A DNA stretch of 64,000 nucleotides from Thermoplasmata archaeon (GCA_030038605.1 JASHSU010000152.1:285-64284); one strand, 5' to 3'; positions 18,435 through 28,696 are shown, counted from the stretch's first letter. Program-made: numbers and translations. Notes: generated by a model not told the origin, from the letters alone.

Positions 18435-18496
18435 GGCCCCGCGCCGACCCACGTGCCTTACTTAAGGTTCCCGGGCGCGAGGACTCGGATTCCCCG

Positions 18497-18835
18497 TCAG
18501 GGGATGCGGTCGCTCGACTTCTGGACATCGACGAGGAACGCCTTGCCTTCCGCGGTGATCTGGTAGACCGCCTTGGTGGGGGCGCCCTTGGCCGGGGCCC
18601 GTTCGGTCGGGACCCGGGCTTCGACCAGCCCGTTGCGCACGAGCAGTCCGAGCGCGAGCGGTACCTTCACGTGGCCCTGCTCGACCGCCCAGAACCGGGC
18701 CAGCAGTCGCTCCATCTCGTCCAGCTCGAGCGTCTGGTCGCGGGCCCGGCCCTCGTTGATCGACTCGGCCCGGTTGAGCTGCTGGAGGAGGGCCACCAGC
18801 GTCGAGCGTACGGGGTCGGCGGCGTCCTCGGCCAC
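18497..18835 (-). CDS. Hypothetical winged-helix-like protein
   Basis: LGLLVRNGLVE...YQITAEGKAFL wing pattern. Confidence 0.55.
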   Translation of the reverse strand: MAEDAADPVRSTLVALLQQLNRAESINEGRARDQTLELDEMERLLARFWAVEQGHVKVPLALGLLVRNGLVEARVPTERAPAKGAPTKAVYQITAEGKAFLVDVQKSSDRIP

Positions 18836-18886
18836 GCGACGTATAACGGCCCGTTCGGCTACATAAATCCCGAAGGCCCGTGCAGG

Positions 18887-19231
18887 TTACTCGATCCGTC
18901 CGCTGCGCTCGAGCTTCTGGAGCAGGTACTCCTTCCCCGTCAGGGAGAGGGCGTACCGCCGGCCCACCGTCCGGCCCCGGTCCCAGGCGAACTCGGGGTC
19001 GTCCAGCTCGATGATCATCCGGTTGCCGAGCAGGGTCGTGAGAGCCGTGTCGAGCTCGGCGCCGGTGGCTTCGGGATGGAGGCCCCGCCGCAAGTGGGTG
19101 AGCAGTTCACCGTGCTCGAGGCCCGCCACCTCCTCGCCCTCCACCTCGGCCCGGTTGAGGAACCGCAGCACCTCGAGCAGGATGGCACCCAGCTCGCCGG
19201 CGCGCTCGGAATCGGTGTCGGACGGAGTCAT
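18887..19231 (-). CDS. Hypothetical winged-helix-like protein (probable paralog of the neighbour)
   Basis: LTTLLGNRMII...YALSLTGKEYL; ATG 19231 with TATTAA box upstream. Confidence 0.55.
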   Translation of the reverse strand: MTPSDTDSERAGELGAILLEVLRFLNRAEVEGEEVAGLEHGELLTHLRRGLHPEATGAELDTALTTLLGNRMIIELDDPEFAWDRGRTVGRRYALSLTGKEYLLQKLERSGRIE

Positions 19232-19302
19232 GGTCCCTCGGCACCGGCACTTGACCCTTGACGCCGACTTAATAGGGAGGTCCGACCGATACCCCCCCTC
19301 CG

Positions 19303-19611
19303 ATGAGTTGTACCTGCCGGAATCCGGCCCGGTGCCCGGTTTGCAACACACCGGTGCGGGTGCCACTCACCAACCTGGAGAACGCCACGGGCGGGGCGTT
19401 CCTGGTCGACCGGTTCGCGCGGCGCGATTCGTCGTCCTCGCGGGAGGGCCTACGCCGCCTCATCCAGGGATGGGCGTCGTGCCCATCGTGCGGGCACACG
19501 GTCTACCACGACCACTCGCGTTCGTGCGTCGCCGAGGCCCTCAGTGCGGCGGGCGTGCCGCTGACCGAGCGGGAACAGATCCTCGCCAAGATATCGTTCC
19601 CGGAAGGATGA
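19303..19611 (+). CDS. Hypothetical Cys/His-rich Zn-binding protein
   Basis: CTC, CPVC, CPSCGH...H...C; abuts trpS. Confidence 0.6.
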   Translation: MSCTCRNPARCPVCNTPVRVPLTNLENATGGAFLVDRFARRDSSSSREGLRRLIQGWASCPSCGHTVYHDHSRSCVAEALSAAGVPLTEREQILAKISFPEG

Positions 19612-19621
19612 GAGGGCGCCG

Positions 19622-20770
19622 ATGACCGCGCCCGACGAATTCGTCGTCACACCGTACGAAGTGAAGGGCCGCATCGACTACCAGCGGCTACGGGAACTGT
19701 TCGGCACCCAGGACCTGACACCGGACCTGCTGGCCCGACTCCACCAGCTCGCGGGCGGGGACCTGCCGCCGTCGATCGCCCGCGGGGTGTACTACTCGCA
19801 CCGGGACTTCGGCTGGCTGCTCGACCAGTACCAGAAGGGGTCGCCGTTCTTCCTCTACACCGGACGGGGGCCGTCCGGTCCGCTGCACACGTCCCACCTG
19901 CTCTCGTTCGACCTCTGCCGATGGTTCCAGAAGACGCTCGGCGTGCGGATGTTCATCCAGATCACGGACGACGAGAAGTTCTGGGCCCGGTCCGGGCTCA
20001 CCCGCGAGGAGACGGCCCACTGGGGGATGGAGAACCTCTACGACATCCTGGCCCTGGGGTTCGACCCCAAACGCACCCACGTCTTCTTCGACTCCAAGTC
20101 GATCGCCGCCCTGTATCCGCTCGCCATCCGGGTCGCCCGGAAGATCCCGTACTCGACCGTGAAGGCGGTCTTCGGCTTCGAGCCGAGCACGAACATCGGC
20201 CTCGTGTTCTACACGGCGCTGCAGACCGTCCCCTGCTTCTACCCGTCCTGGGCCGAGGGACGGAGCGTCCCGTGCTTGATCCCGTGCGGCATCGACCAGG
20301 ACCCGCACTTCCGCGTGACCCGCGACATCGCCGAAGGGCTCGGGTATCCCAAGCCCGCGCTCCTCCACAGCCAGATGCTCCCCGGCCTGCTCGGCGAGAA
20401 CGCGATGAGCACGACCGGCGACCGGGAGGACAACGCCCTGTTCCTCAACGACCCGCCCAAGGTCGTCGAGAAGAAGGTCCGCAACGCCTTCACGGGTGGC
20501 CGGGCCACGGTCGAGGAGCAGCGGCGCCTCGGCGCCACGCCCGAGATCTGTTCGGTCTGGGCGCTCTGGCGCACGCGGTTTGCCCAGGACGACCAGGAGT
20601 TCCAGGAGGTCACCCGGGACTGCCGGTCGGGCGCGATGCTGTGCGGTGAGTGCAAGGCCCGCATCCTGGAGCGGATCCACCCCTTCTTCGCGGAGCACGC
20701 CGTGGCCCGCGAGAAGGTCAAAGACTGGGCCGAGTCGACGATCGTCACGCAGGCGCCGAAGGCGCTCTAG
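19622..20770 (+). CDS. trpS: Tryptophanyl-tRNA synthetase (archaeal/eukaryotic type)
   Basis: YTGRGPSGPLH, QITDDEKF, IPCGIDQDPHFR, AFTGGR, LCGECK. Confidence 0.96.
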   Translation: MTAPDEFVVTPYEVKGRIDYQRLRELFGTQDLTPDLLARLHQLAGGDLPPSIARGVYYSHRDFGWLLDQYQKGSPFFLYTGRGPSGPLHTSHLLSFDLCRWFQKTLGVRMFIQITDDEKFWARSGLTREETAHWGMENLYDILALGFDPKRTHVFFDSKSIAALYPLAIRVARKIPYSTVKAVFGFEPSTNIGLVFYTALQTVPCFYPSWAEGRSVPCLIPCGIDQDPHFRVTRDIAEGLGYPKPALLHSQMLPGLLGENAMSTTGDREDNALFLNDPPKVVEKKVRNAFTGGRATVEEQRRLGATPEICSVWALWRTRFAQDDQEFQEVTRDCRSGAMLCGECKARILERIHPFFAEHAVAREKVKDWAESTIVTQAPKAL

Positions 20771-21495
20771 CGGACCTCGGGCCGTCCGTCGTCGCTCCGC
20801 CGGGGCACGCGGAACGGAGGCCCTCCCTCTTCGGGCGGCGGCTCCGGTCCCCCCTTCACCGCGGTGAGGAGACGGAGCATCGGTCGGAACAGGGAGCCCT
20901 GCGCCCGCTGGGGGTCGAGCGTGTAGGCGCGCTCGTAAGCGGCGATCGCGGCATCCTCGTCGCCCAGACTCAGGAGGGAGAGCGACAGGTCGAGCCAGCT
21001 CTTCGCCTCGCGCGACCCCTCCCGCGCGCCGGTCTCGTCCACGTGGTCGTCGAACCGGGGTCGGGGCACGGAGTCGTCGTCGTCGGAAACGGAGCGGGAG
21101 AGGACCAGGGCCCGCTCGAACGCGACGGAGGCGCCGGATTCCTCGCCGGACTCCGCAAGGGCCACGCCCAAACGGTGCCAGGCGACCATGTCGTCGGGCA
21201 CGAGAGCGACGGCGCGCCGGTAGGCGCTGGCGGCCTCGCTCCACTCCTCGCGCAGCGAGCGCGCGACCCCCAGATGGAACCAGGCCTCCCCGTTCGCGGG
21301 AGCGAGCTGGATCGCGCGGGCGAGCGCCGCCTCGGCTTCGAGCGCCCGGCCCGTGTGCGCGAGACTGATCCCGTAGTACGACCACGCGGACGCGTTCGTC
21401 GGGTCGTCCCGGATGACATCCAGGAACGCCCGCACGGCGCGGTCGTACTCCCCCCGAAGGAGATAGTGAACCCCTAGGTCAGCGCGCTGGTCCAC
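20767..21495 (-). CDS. Tetratricopeptide-repeat protein
   Basis: Repeated AW..LG......A...Y.RA..L.P units; GTG start 21495. Confidence 0.85.
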   Translation of the reverse strand: MDQRADLGVHYLLRGEYDRAVRAFLDVIRDDPTNASAWSYYGISLAHTGRALEAEAALARAIQLAPANGEAWFHLGVARSLREEWSEAASAYRRAVALVPDDMVAWHRLGVALAESGEESGASVAFERALVLSRSVSDDDDSVPRPRFDDHVDETGAREGSREAKSWLDLSLSLLSLGDEDAAIAAYERAYTLDPQRAQGSLFRPMLRLLTAVKGGPEPPPEEGGPPFRVPRRSDDGRPEVR

Positions 21496-21777
21496 ACCCG
21501 GTCGGAGCTGTCGAGGGCGGGTCAGCCCAAAAGGATGATGCCGGACCGCCGCGTCCGGATAACCCGCGCGCGAGGGCCCCGGAGGGCCCGACCCGGGGCC
21601 CCCGCGTCCTTTATATGGCCCGAGATTCCATGCGGCGCCCGAGGAATCCGCGAGCCGGCCCGAATCGAGCGTCCCGCCCGTCCTGCTTTTTGCGACGAGT
21701 GTTCCGCGAGATGCGTATCGCCTCCCGATTCCCACCCAAACCCAACGCGAAACGCGAAAGCAGAGAAGGCGAGACCG

Positions 21778-22281
21778 ATGGTAGACAAACCCCTGACGAA
21801 AGTGCGCGACCTGACGCCGAACTCGAAGCAAGTGAACGTGCTGGCCAAAGTGATCAGCATCGGAGAGCCGAAGGAAGTCATGGGCAAGTTCGGCGACCCC
21901 CGGAAGGTGTGCGAGGCCGTGGTCGGCGACGACTCCGGCGTCATCACCCTGTCGCTCTGGAACGAGCAGATCGGCTCGATCCAGAAGGACGAGGTCATCC
22001 TGATCGACAACGGCTACGTCTCCCTCGTGCGGGGCCACATGCGCCTCAACGTGGGACGGTACGGCAACCTGTCGAAGTCGACCGAGTCGATCCCCGAGAT
22101 CAACCAGTCGCTCGACATGAGCCAGCAGGAGTTCGAGAGCGAGCGCCGGTCGTTCGGCGGCGGCTACCGTGACCGCGGTGGCGGCGGCGGCGGATACGGC
22201 GGCGGTGGCGGTGGCCGGTACGGTGGCGGCGGCGGTGGCGGCGGTGGCCGCGAGCGCTCCGACTCGTACAAGCGCTACTGA
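21778..22281 (+). CDS. ssb: Single-OB-fold SSB with Gly/Arg-rich tail
   Basis: KVRDLTP, AVVGDDSGVITLSLWNEQ, LNVGRYG, RGGGGGGYG tail. Confidence 0.9.
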   Translation: MVDKPLTKVRDLTPNSKQVNVLAKVISIGEPKEVMGKFGDPRKVCEAVVGDDSGVITLSLWNEQIGSIQKDEVILIDNGYVSLVRGHMRLNVGRYGNLSKSTESIPEINQSLDMSQQEFESERRSFGGGYRDRGGGGGGYGGGGGGRYGGGGGGGGGRERSDSYKRY

Positions 22282-22393
22282 TCCGACCTCCGGATCCCGA
22301 CGGACGAACCCTTTCCCTCCCCGCCTCCCTCGAGGGGCGGGGGGTGACCCGAAGATAGTTCTAAGTAGGCTACCCCGCTCTCGCGCCTCGGCC

Positions 22394-23047
22394 ATGGCGG
22401 ACGACGCGCACGAGCTGGTCCTGTACGTTCAATCGAAGAAGGCGGTCACGACGGTCTATCGGCCCCCGACCACCGGGACGGGGATACCCGCCAGCACGGG
22501 CCGGGCGCCGGACGAGGCGTCGGTCGGCGACTCGCCGGTCTACTTCCTCTCGGACGACCAGGCCCGGTGCGTGGCGATGGTCGAGGAGACCGCCAATGCC
22601 CGCGGCTACCATGTCCGGGTCGTCGACGTCGAGAAGGCCGGGCGCCTCGAGCGCCTGGTCGCCGAGCGCCTCCGCGGGGTCCAGAACTTCCCGGTCCTCA
22701 TCTCGACCAAGGGCCCCCGGCTGGAGGGGGTCGCCTCGTTCAACGAGGACAGCCTCTGCGAGCTGATGCCGACCGAGCTCAAGAGTACCCGCGCGTTCAC
22801 GTACCTCAAGGTCAAGGGCGGCGACCTGGACCGGATCCGCACCCTGCTCGAGACCCTGCCTGAGGTCAAGGAGATGCACTTCCTGACCGGCGACTGGGAC
22901 ATCCTGGTCGTTCTCGACTTCCCGGGCGCCAGTTCGAACAAGCGGCAGGTCCTCGACTTCGTCACGGACCGGATCCGGGGCATCCCCGAGGTCCTCGACA
23001 CCTCGACCGTGCTGCCCGAGTACTCGGTCTCGAAGTTCCCGCTGTAG
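22394..23047 (+). CDS. Protein with thioredoxin-like middle region and C-terminal Lrp/AsnC ligand-binding (RAM) domain
   Basis: AFTYLKV...LPEVKEMHFLTGDWDILV...IRGIPEVLDTST. Confidence 0.7.
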   Translation: MADDAHELVLYVQSKKAVTTVYRPPTTGTGIPASTGRAPDEASVGDSPVYFLSDDQARCVAMVEETANARGYHVRVVDVEKAGRLERLVAERLRGVQNFPVLISTKGPRLEGVASFNEDSLCELMPTELKSTRAFTYLKVKGGDLDRIRTLLETLPEVKEMHFLTGDWDILVVLDFPGASSNKRQVLDFVTDRIRGIPEVLDTSTVLPEYSVSKFPL

Positions 23048-23062
23048 GGCGGGGACCCCGGC

Positions 23063-26000
23063 CTAGCGCCGGCGACCCGCCCGTCGGCGTCGTTTCGGTA
23101 TGACCGGGATCTCGCGCGGCCGCCGGCTGGGCCCGCCGTCCGCGGCCGGCTCTTCCGTCCCGTAGAGCGCGTCCACGGTGAGCGGGTGGTCTTCCAGGAA
23201 GGCGAACCCCTCGACGTAGGCGGCGAACGTCTCGAGGCTCGTGAACAGCGGGATCCCCAGCTCGACCGCACGTCGCCGGAGCACGTACTCGTCCTCGAGC
23301 ATCCGCTCGAACTTCTCCTGCGTCAACGAGAGCGGGACGTTGAGGAGGAGGTCGATGCCGCCCCGGTCCAGCTCCTCCAAGACGTTGGGGTGGCGGTCCG
23401 GCTCCGAGACCTTGTGGAGGATGCGGACCCCCCGGACCCCGCGGGAGCGCAGGAAGGCGCCCGTGTCCTCGGTCGCGGCGATGCGGAGCCCGAGGCTGCG
23501 GAGCCGTCGGGCCACGGGGAGCAGCTCCTCCTTGAGCTGCGGACCGCCGACGGAAAGGAACGCGGAGCCCCGGCGGACGACGAGCCGCACCCCGGTCGCG
23601 ACCAGCGCCTTCACGAGCGCGTCGGCGAACGTCGGTCCGAAGCAGGCGACCTCGCCCGTCGACTGCATCTCGACGCCCAGCAAGGGGTCCGAGCCGGTGA
23701 GCTGGAGGAAGGAGAACTGCGGCACCTTGACACCGAACCGGCCCGGCGGCAACGCGGCGAGGCCCTCGTGCGTCAGCGGGCGCCCGAGCATCGCCCGCGC
23801 CGCTTCCCGCAGGAGCGGCACCCCCGTCGCCTTCGTCAGGAACGGCAGGGAGCGGCTGGCCCTCAGGTTGAGCTCGATGACCTGGTAGGCCTGGTCCTTG
23901 ACCAGGAACTGGATGTTGAACGGACCGCGGATCGAGAGGGTGCGCGCGAGTTGGCGCGCGGCGTCCATGAGCTGGGCCTGGACTTCGGGCGGCGTGTGCC
24001 GGGGCGGGAGCGAAAAGATGGCGTCGCCGGAATGTACGCCGGCCCGCTCGACGTGCTCGAGGATGCCACCGACCAGCACCCGCTCGCCGTCGGAGATGGC
24101 GTCCAGCTCGACCTCGTCCGCCCCCTCGATGAATTTGGTGATGACGACCGGGTGTTCCGGCGAGATGCGCGTGGCCTCCGAGAGGAACCGACCCAGGTCG
24201 TGGCGGCCCCAGATGACCCGCATCGCCTGGCCGCTGAGGACGTACGACGGTCGGACCAATACGGGATACCCGACCTGGTCCGCGAAGGCGCTCGCCTCGT
24301 CCAGGGTCGTGAACGCCCGCCAGGCCGGTTGCGGGATCTGCAGCCGCTCGAGCAGGCTCGCGAACCGGGCGCGGTCTTCCGCGGAATCGATCGACTCGGG
24401 GGCGGTCCCGAGCACCGGGATACCGCACATCTGCAGCAACGGGGTGAGATTCTGGGCCAGCTGGCTGCCGACGCAGGTCACGACACCGGCGAACCGCTCG
24501 GCCTCGGTGATGTCGCGGACGCGCTCGAGGGTGATCTCCTCGAAGTAGAGACGGTCGGACCGGTCGTAGTCCGTGGAGACAGTCTCGGGGTTCGAGTTGA
24601 GGACCGCGACCCCGGGAACGCCCTCGGCCCGCAGCCCATCGGCCAGGTTCATCGTCGACCAGTCGAACTCGACGCTCGAGCCGATGCGGTACGGTCCCGC
24701 GCCGATGACGAGGATCGAGCCCGAGGGCATCGGTCGGACGTCGTCGGCGTCGGCCCGGTAGGTGAGGTAGAGGTAGTTGGTCCGGGCCGGCCATTCTCCG
24801 GCCAGGGTATCTATCATCCGGGTGCGGGGGCGGATCCCGGCGTCCAGGCGGAGCCGCCGCACGTCCTCCTCGTCGCGTCGAGCGGCCCGGCCGATGGCCC
24901 GGTCGGAGAGCCCGAGTTCCTTGGCCCGGCGCAGCAGGGTCGGGTCCAGGAGCGCATCCTTGGAGGCGCCCAGGGCCCGGTGGGTCGACTCGACCTCCGC
25001 CAGGCAATCGACGAACCAACGGTCGACCCACGCCGTCTTCGCGATCTCGGCGGACGGGAGGCCGGCGCGGAGCCCTTCGAGGATGCGGTAGAGGATCTCG
25101 GGGGTGGGGCTCGCGAGGTCCTTCAGGATCGCGGCCGGGGCCCGGGTCTCGCTCGGCGGGACCAGGTCCGCCCGGGGGTCGCTCATCCGGACCGCCTTCG
25201 AGACCGCCTCCGGGAACGAGGCGCCGATGCCCATCACCTCACCGACCGACTTCATCGCGGGGCCGAGCCGACGCTCGGCCCGCTCGAACTTGTCCAGGTC
25301 CCAGCGGGGCAGTTTCACGACGACGTAGTCGAGGGCCGGCTCGAAGCAGGCCGTCGTCACGCCGGTGATCCGGTTCTTGAGCTCGGGCAGGGTGTACCCG
25401 AGCGCCAGCTTGGCGGCCACGTAGGCGAGCGGATAGCCGGTCGCCTTGCTCGCAAGCGCGCTCGAACGGGAGAGCCGCGCGTTGATCTCGATCGCGTAGT
25501 ACTCGTCGGTCGCCGGGTTGAGGCAGAACTGGATGTTGCACTCGCCGACGATCCCGCACGCCTCGACCGCGCGGAGCGCCGCCTGGCGGAGCATCTGGTA
25601 CTCGGCGTCCGTGAGCGTCTGGCTGGGGGCGATGACGATGTTGTCGCCCGTGTGGACGCGCATGCTGAGCACGTTCTCCATGTTGCACACGGTGAGCGCG
25701 TTCCCCTTCGCGTCGCGGACGACCTCGTACTCGAGCTGCTTCCACGTGCCGACGTACCGCTCGAGCAGGACCTGGCCGACCGGGCTCCACCGGAGCCCGC
25801 GGCCGACGACCTCGGTGAGCTCGTCCCAGGTGCGGGCGACGCCCCCTCCCTTGCCACCGAGGGTGTAGGCGACCCGGACCATCACCGGAAACCCGAGTTC
25901 CTTGGCCGCCTCGCGGGCGGCCTCGATGGAATAGACGGCGCGACTCGGCAGGGTCGGAACGCGCGCCTTCTGCATGATGCGGACGAACTTCTGACGGTCC

Positions 26001-26377
26001 TCGGTCGCCCGGATCGCCCAGAGGGGCGTCCCGAGGACCCGGGTCCCCGCGGCCCGGAACGCCCCCTTCTCGGCGAGTTGGACGCCGCAGTTGAGGGCCG
26101 TCTGCCCGCCGAACGAGACGAGGATCCCGTCGGGGCGCTCCTCCTTCAGGATGGGAGCGACGAACTCGGGCGTCAGGGGCTGGAAGTAGACCCGGCCCAA
26201 CCGGGGCGGGTCGGTCTGGAGCGTCGCGATGTTCGGGTTGACGACGATCGTGTACACGCCCTCCTCTTCGAGCGCCTTCAAGCACTGGCTGCCGGAGTAG
26301 TCGAACTCGCCGGCCTCCCCGATCTTGAGGGCGCCGCTGCCGAGGAGCACCACCTTGCGGGGGAGCGTGACACTCAT
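23063..26377 (-). CDS. carB: Carbamoyl-phosphate synthase large subunit
   Basis: GSGALKIGEAGEFDY, EINARLSRSSALASKATGYP, duplicated ATP-grasp domains, MGS domain. Confidence 0.97.
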   Translation of the reverse strand: MSVTLPRKVVLLGSGALKIGEAGEFDYSGSQCLKALEEEGVYTIVVNPNIATLQTDPPRLGRVYFQPLTPEFVAPILKEERPDGILVSFGGQTALNCGVQLAEKGAFRAAGTRVLGTPLWAIRATEDRQKFVRIMQKARVPTLPSRAVYSIEAAREAAKELGFPVMVRVAYTLGGKGGGVARTWDELTEVVGRGLRWSPVGQVLLERYVGTWKQLEYEVVRDAKGNALTVCNMENVLSMRVHTGDNIVIAPSQTLTDAEYQMLRQAALRAVEACGIVGECNIQFCLNPATDEYYAIEINARLSRSSALASKATGYPLAYVAAKLALGYTLPELKNRITGVTTACFEPALDYVVVKLPRWDLDKFERAERRLGPAMKSVGEVMGIGASFPEAVSKAVRMSDPRADLVPPSETRAPAAILKDLASPTPEILYRILEGLRAGLPSAEIAKTAWVDRWFVDCLAEVESTHRALGASKDALLDPTLLRRAKELGLSDRAIGRAARRDEEDVRRLRLDAGIRPRTRMIDTLAGEWPARTNYLYLTYRADADDVRPMPSGSILVIGAGPYRIGSSVEFDWSTMNLADGLRAEGVPGVAVLNSNPETVSTDYDRSDRLYFEEITLERVRDITEAERFAGVVTCVGSQLAQNLTPLLQMCGIPVLGTAPESIDSAEDRARFASLLERLQIPQPAWRAFTTLDEASAFADQVGYPVLVRPSYVLSGQAMRVIWGRHDLGRFLSEATRISPEHPVVITKFIEGADEVELDAISDGERVLVGGILEHVERAGVHSGDAIFSLPPRHTPPEVQAQLMDAARQLARTLSIRGPFNIQFLVKDQAYQVIELNLRASRSLPFLTKATGVPLLREAARAMLGRPLTHEGLAALPPGRFGVKVPQFSFLQLTGSDPLLGVEMQSTGEVACFGPTFADALVKALVATGVRLVVRRGSAFLSVGGPQLKEELLPVARRLRSLGLRIAATEDTGAFLRSRGVRGVRILHKVSEPDRHPNVLEELDRGGIDLLLNVPLSLTQEKFERMLEDEYVLRRRAVELGIPLFTSLETFAAYVEGFAFLEDHPLTVDALYGTEEPAADGGPSRRPREIPVIPKRRRRAGRRR

Positions 26378-27519
26378 GCGCGCCGCTTCACCCGCTCCAC
26401 GAATCGGTCGAAGACGAACCCGGCTTCCTGGGGGCCGGGATGTCCTTCGGGGTGGCCCTGGAGCGCGAGGATCCGGCCGCTCGGGTCGCGGAGGCCCTCG
26501 AGGGTCTGGTCGTCCGGGTTGGTCGCCCAGGGTTGGAGCCGGGATCCGGCGAGGGAGGCCGGGTCGACCGCGAAGCCGTGGTTCTCGCTCATGATGAGCG
26601 CCCGGCCGTCCGGGAACAGGATGGTCTTGTTCTGCCCCCGGTGCCCGTACTTGAGCTTGAACGTCGAGCCCCCGTGGGCGAGAGCGAGCAACTGGTGGCC
26701 GAGACAGATGCCCAGGGTGGGCAGACCCCGGTTGGCCGGTCGCCCGAGTTCCTCGATGGTCGGTCGCAGCTCGACCGGGTCACCGGGTCCATTGCCGACG
26801 AGCAGCCCGTGCACCCGGCGGCCGTCCCATCGCGCGGGCACCTCGTGGTCGTACGGAAGTCGTAGGACCGAGAGCCCGCGGTCGAGCAGCGCCCGAAGGA
26901 TGCTCGTCTTGATCCCGCAATCGAGGACCGCAACGAGCGGACCGATCTGACCCGGAATGACCGTCGGGGCCCGGGGGGCGACGTCCGTCATGAACCGTTC
27001 CTCCGCATACGTCGGCGCGGACCGGAGGGTCGCGCGCAGTTCCTCGTCGGTCGGCCGGTCGTCCCGGCGACGCACGTCGAGGACGCCGCGCACCACGCCC
27101 TGGGCGCGGAGGTGCTCGGTGAGCCGGCGTGTGTCGACGCCTTCGACACCCGGAATCCCCTCCTCCCGCATCCACTCACCCAGCGAGCGGCCGCTCGCCC
27201 AGTGGTGGGGTCGCGTCGTCCCCCGGACCACGACGCCCCGCACCTGAACCTCGCCGCTCTCCAGCAACGGTAGACCGTACAGGTCGACCGCATGCGCCGG
27301 CGGCACGCCGTAGTTGCCGAGGAGCGGGTAGGTGAACGTCAGGATCTGTCCGCGGAACGACGGGTCGGTGAGCGATTCCGGATAGCCGGCCATACCGGTC
27401 GTGAACACGACCTCGCCGACCCGCCGGCCCTCGGCGCCGAGGCCGGGCCCGTCGAATCGGGTCCCGTCTTCGAGAAATAGGGTCCCCCGCAGCTCGACCT
27501 CAGCCGCGGACGCCGGCAC
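26374..27519 (-). CDS. carA: Carbamoyl-phosphate synthase small subunit
   Basis: GEVVFTTGMAGYPESLTDPSF, GPGDP, GICLGHQ, QGHPE. Confidence 0.97.
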   Translation of the reverse strand: MPASAAEVELRGTLFLEDGTRFDGPGLGAEGRRVGEVVFTTGMAGYPESLTDPSFRGQILTFTYPLLGNYGVPPAHAVDLYGLPLLESGEVQVRGVVVRGTTRPHHWASGRSLGEWMREEGIPGVEGVDTRRLTEHLRAQGVVRGVLDVRRRDDRPTDEELRATLRSAPTYAEERFMTDVAPRAPTVIPGQIGPLVAVLDCGIKTSILRALLDRGLSVLRLPYDHEVPARWDGRRVHGLLVGNGPGDPVELRPTIEELGRPANRGLPTLGICLGHQLLALAHGGSTFKLKYGHRGQNKTILFPDGRALIMSENHGFAVDPASLAGSRLQPWATNPDDQTLEGLRDPSGRILALQGHPEGHPGPQEAGFVFDRFVERVKRRA

Positions 27520-27688
27520 GGGCGTGACGAACCCTGAGGTCCCAGAGCACGAAGGGTCCGTCTTAAGATTTGCCCGACGCCGGGGAGAAATCGTGCGTCA
27601 CCACGACGCGCCACGCCTCCCGGACGAAACTGAGCCGCGTTTTCCGCGGGCGCCAACTCTTTACCCGGCGTCGGCTCGAGAGGGTTCG

Positions 27689-28666
27689 ATGCTGGTCGAC
27701 GCCTACGGCCGCGAGGTCACCGACCTGCGCATCAGCGTGACCAAGCGCTGCAACTTCTCCTGCATCTACTGCCACGACGAGGGTCTGGGTCCCATCGACC
27801 GGCCCCGAACGCCTCACGGCGAAGAGATGACGCCGCTCGAGATCGAGCGGATCGTACGCGCCGCCCGGGAGTTCGACATCCACTCCGTCAAGTTCACCGG
27901 GGGCGAGCCCCTCGTGCGGACCGACCTGGTGGAGATCATCGCACGGACGGTCCGGCACGTCGAGGACGTCTCGCTGACCACCAACGGCTCGATGCTGGCC
28001 GGGCGCGCGGAGTCGCTCCGTAACGCGGGCCTCAAGCGGGTGAACGTCTCGGTCGATTCGCTCGACCCCACTGCCTTCCGAGAGATCCGGGGCGGCGCGC
28101 TGGCCCCGGTCCTCGCCGGCGTGAGGGCGGCCCTTCGGGTTGGCCTCAAACCGGTGAAGCTCAACCTGGTCGTCTTCCGACCCACGCTGCCGCACATCCC
28201 CGAACTCATCCGGTTCGCGAGCGAGACCGACGGGTTGCGCGTCCAGCTGATCGAATACATGCCCGAGTTGGTGGGACACCGGGACTGGGCCGTCGACATC
28301 GACGGGGTGAAATCCTGGCTCGAGTCGCGCGCCGACCGGGTCCTGGTGCGCGAGATGCACCACCGCCGGATCTACCTGTTCCAGGGGGCCGAGGTTGAGG
28401 TGGTCGACCCGGTCGGGAACGCCGAGTTCTGCAACCACTGCCACCGGGTTCGGGTGACGCACAAGGGCGAGCTCAAGGGCTGCCTGAACCGGAACGACGA
28501 CCTCGTCCCCACCCGAGGGCTCGACGACGCCGCCTTGCGGAACGCCTTCCGTACCGTGGTGGCCCAGCGCGTCCCGTACTACGGGGCCTACGTTCGCGAC
28601 TACACTCCGCGCGGGAGCGAGACGCCCCTCATCCAGCTGCAGCCCTTCGTTCCGGATTCCCCCTGA
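27689..28666 (+). CDS. moaA: GTP 3',8-cyclase (molybdenum cofactor biosynthesis)
   Basis: LRISVTKRCNFSCIYCH, TGGEP, FCNHCHRVRVT..GELKGCL. Confidence 0.95.
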   Translation: MLVDAYGREVTDLRISVTKRCNFSCIYCHDEGLGPIDRPRTPHGEEMTPLEIERIVRAAREFDIHSVKFTGGEPLVRTDLVEIIARTVRHVEDVSLTTNGSMLAGRAESLRNAGLKRVNVSVDSLDPTAFREIRGGALAPVLAGVRAALRVGLKPVKLNLVVFRPTLPHIPELIRFASETDGLRVQLIEYMPELVGHRDWAVDIDGVKSWLESRADRVLVREMHHRRIYLFQGAEVEVVDPVGNAEFCNHCHRVRVTHKGELKGCLNRNDDLVPTRGLDDAALRNAFRTVVAQRVPYYGAYVRDYTPRGSETPLIQLQPFVPDSP

Positions 28667-28696
28667 GTCCATCGGGCGGACGGGCGAACGGTAGGA

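Noticed and set aside
22160-22250. GGC/GGT tandem repeats
   Set aside because: They encode the Gly-rich tail of SSB; not a separate DNA repeat element
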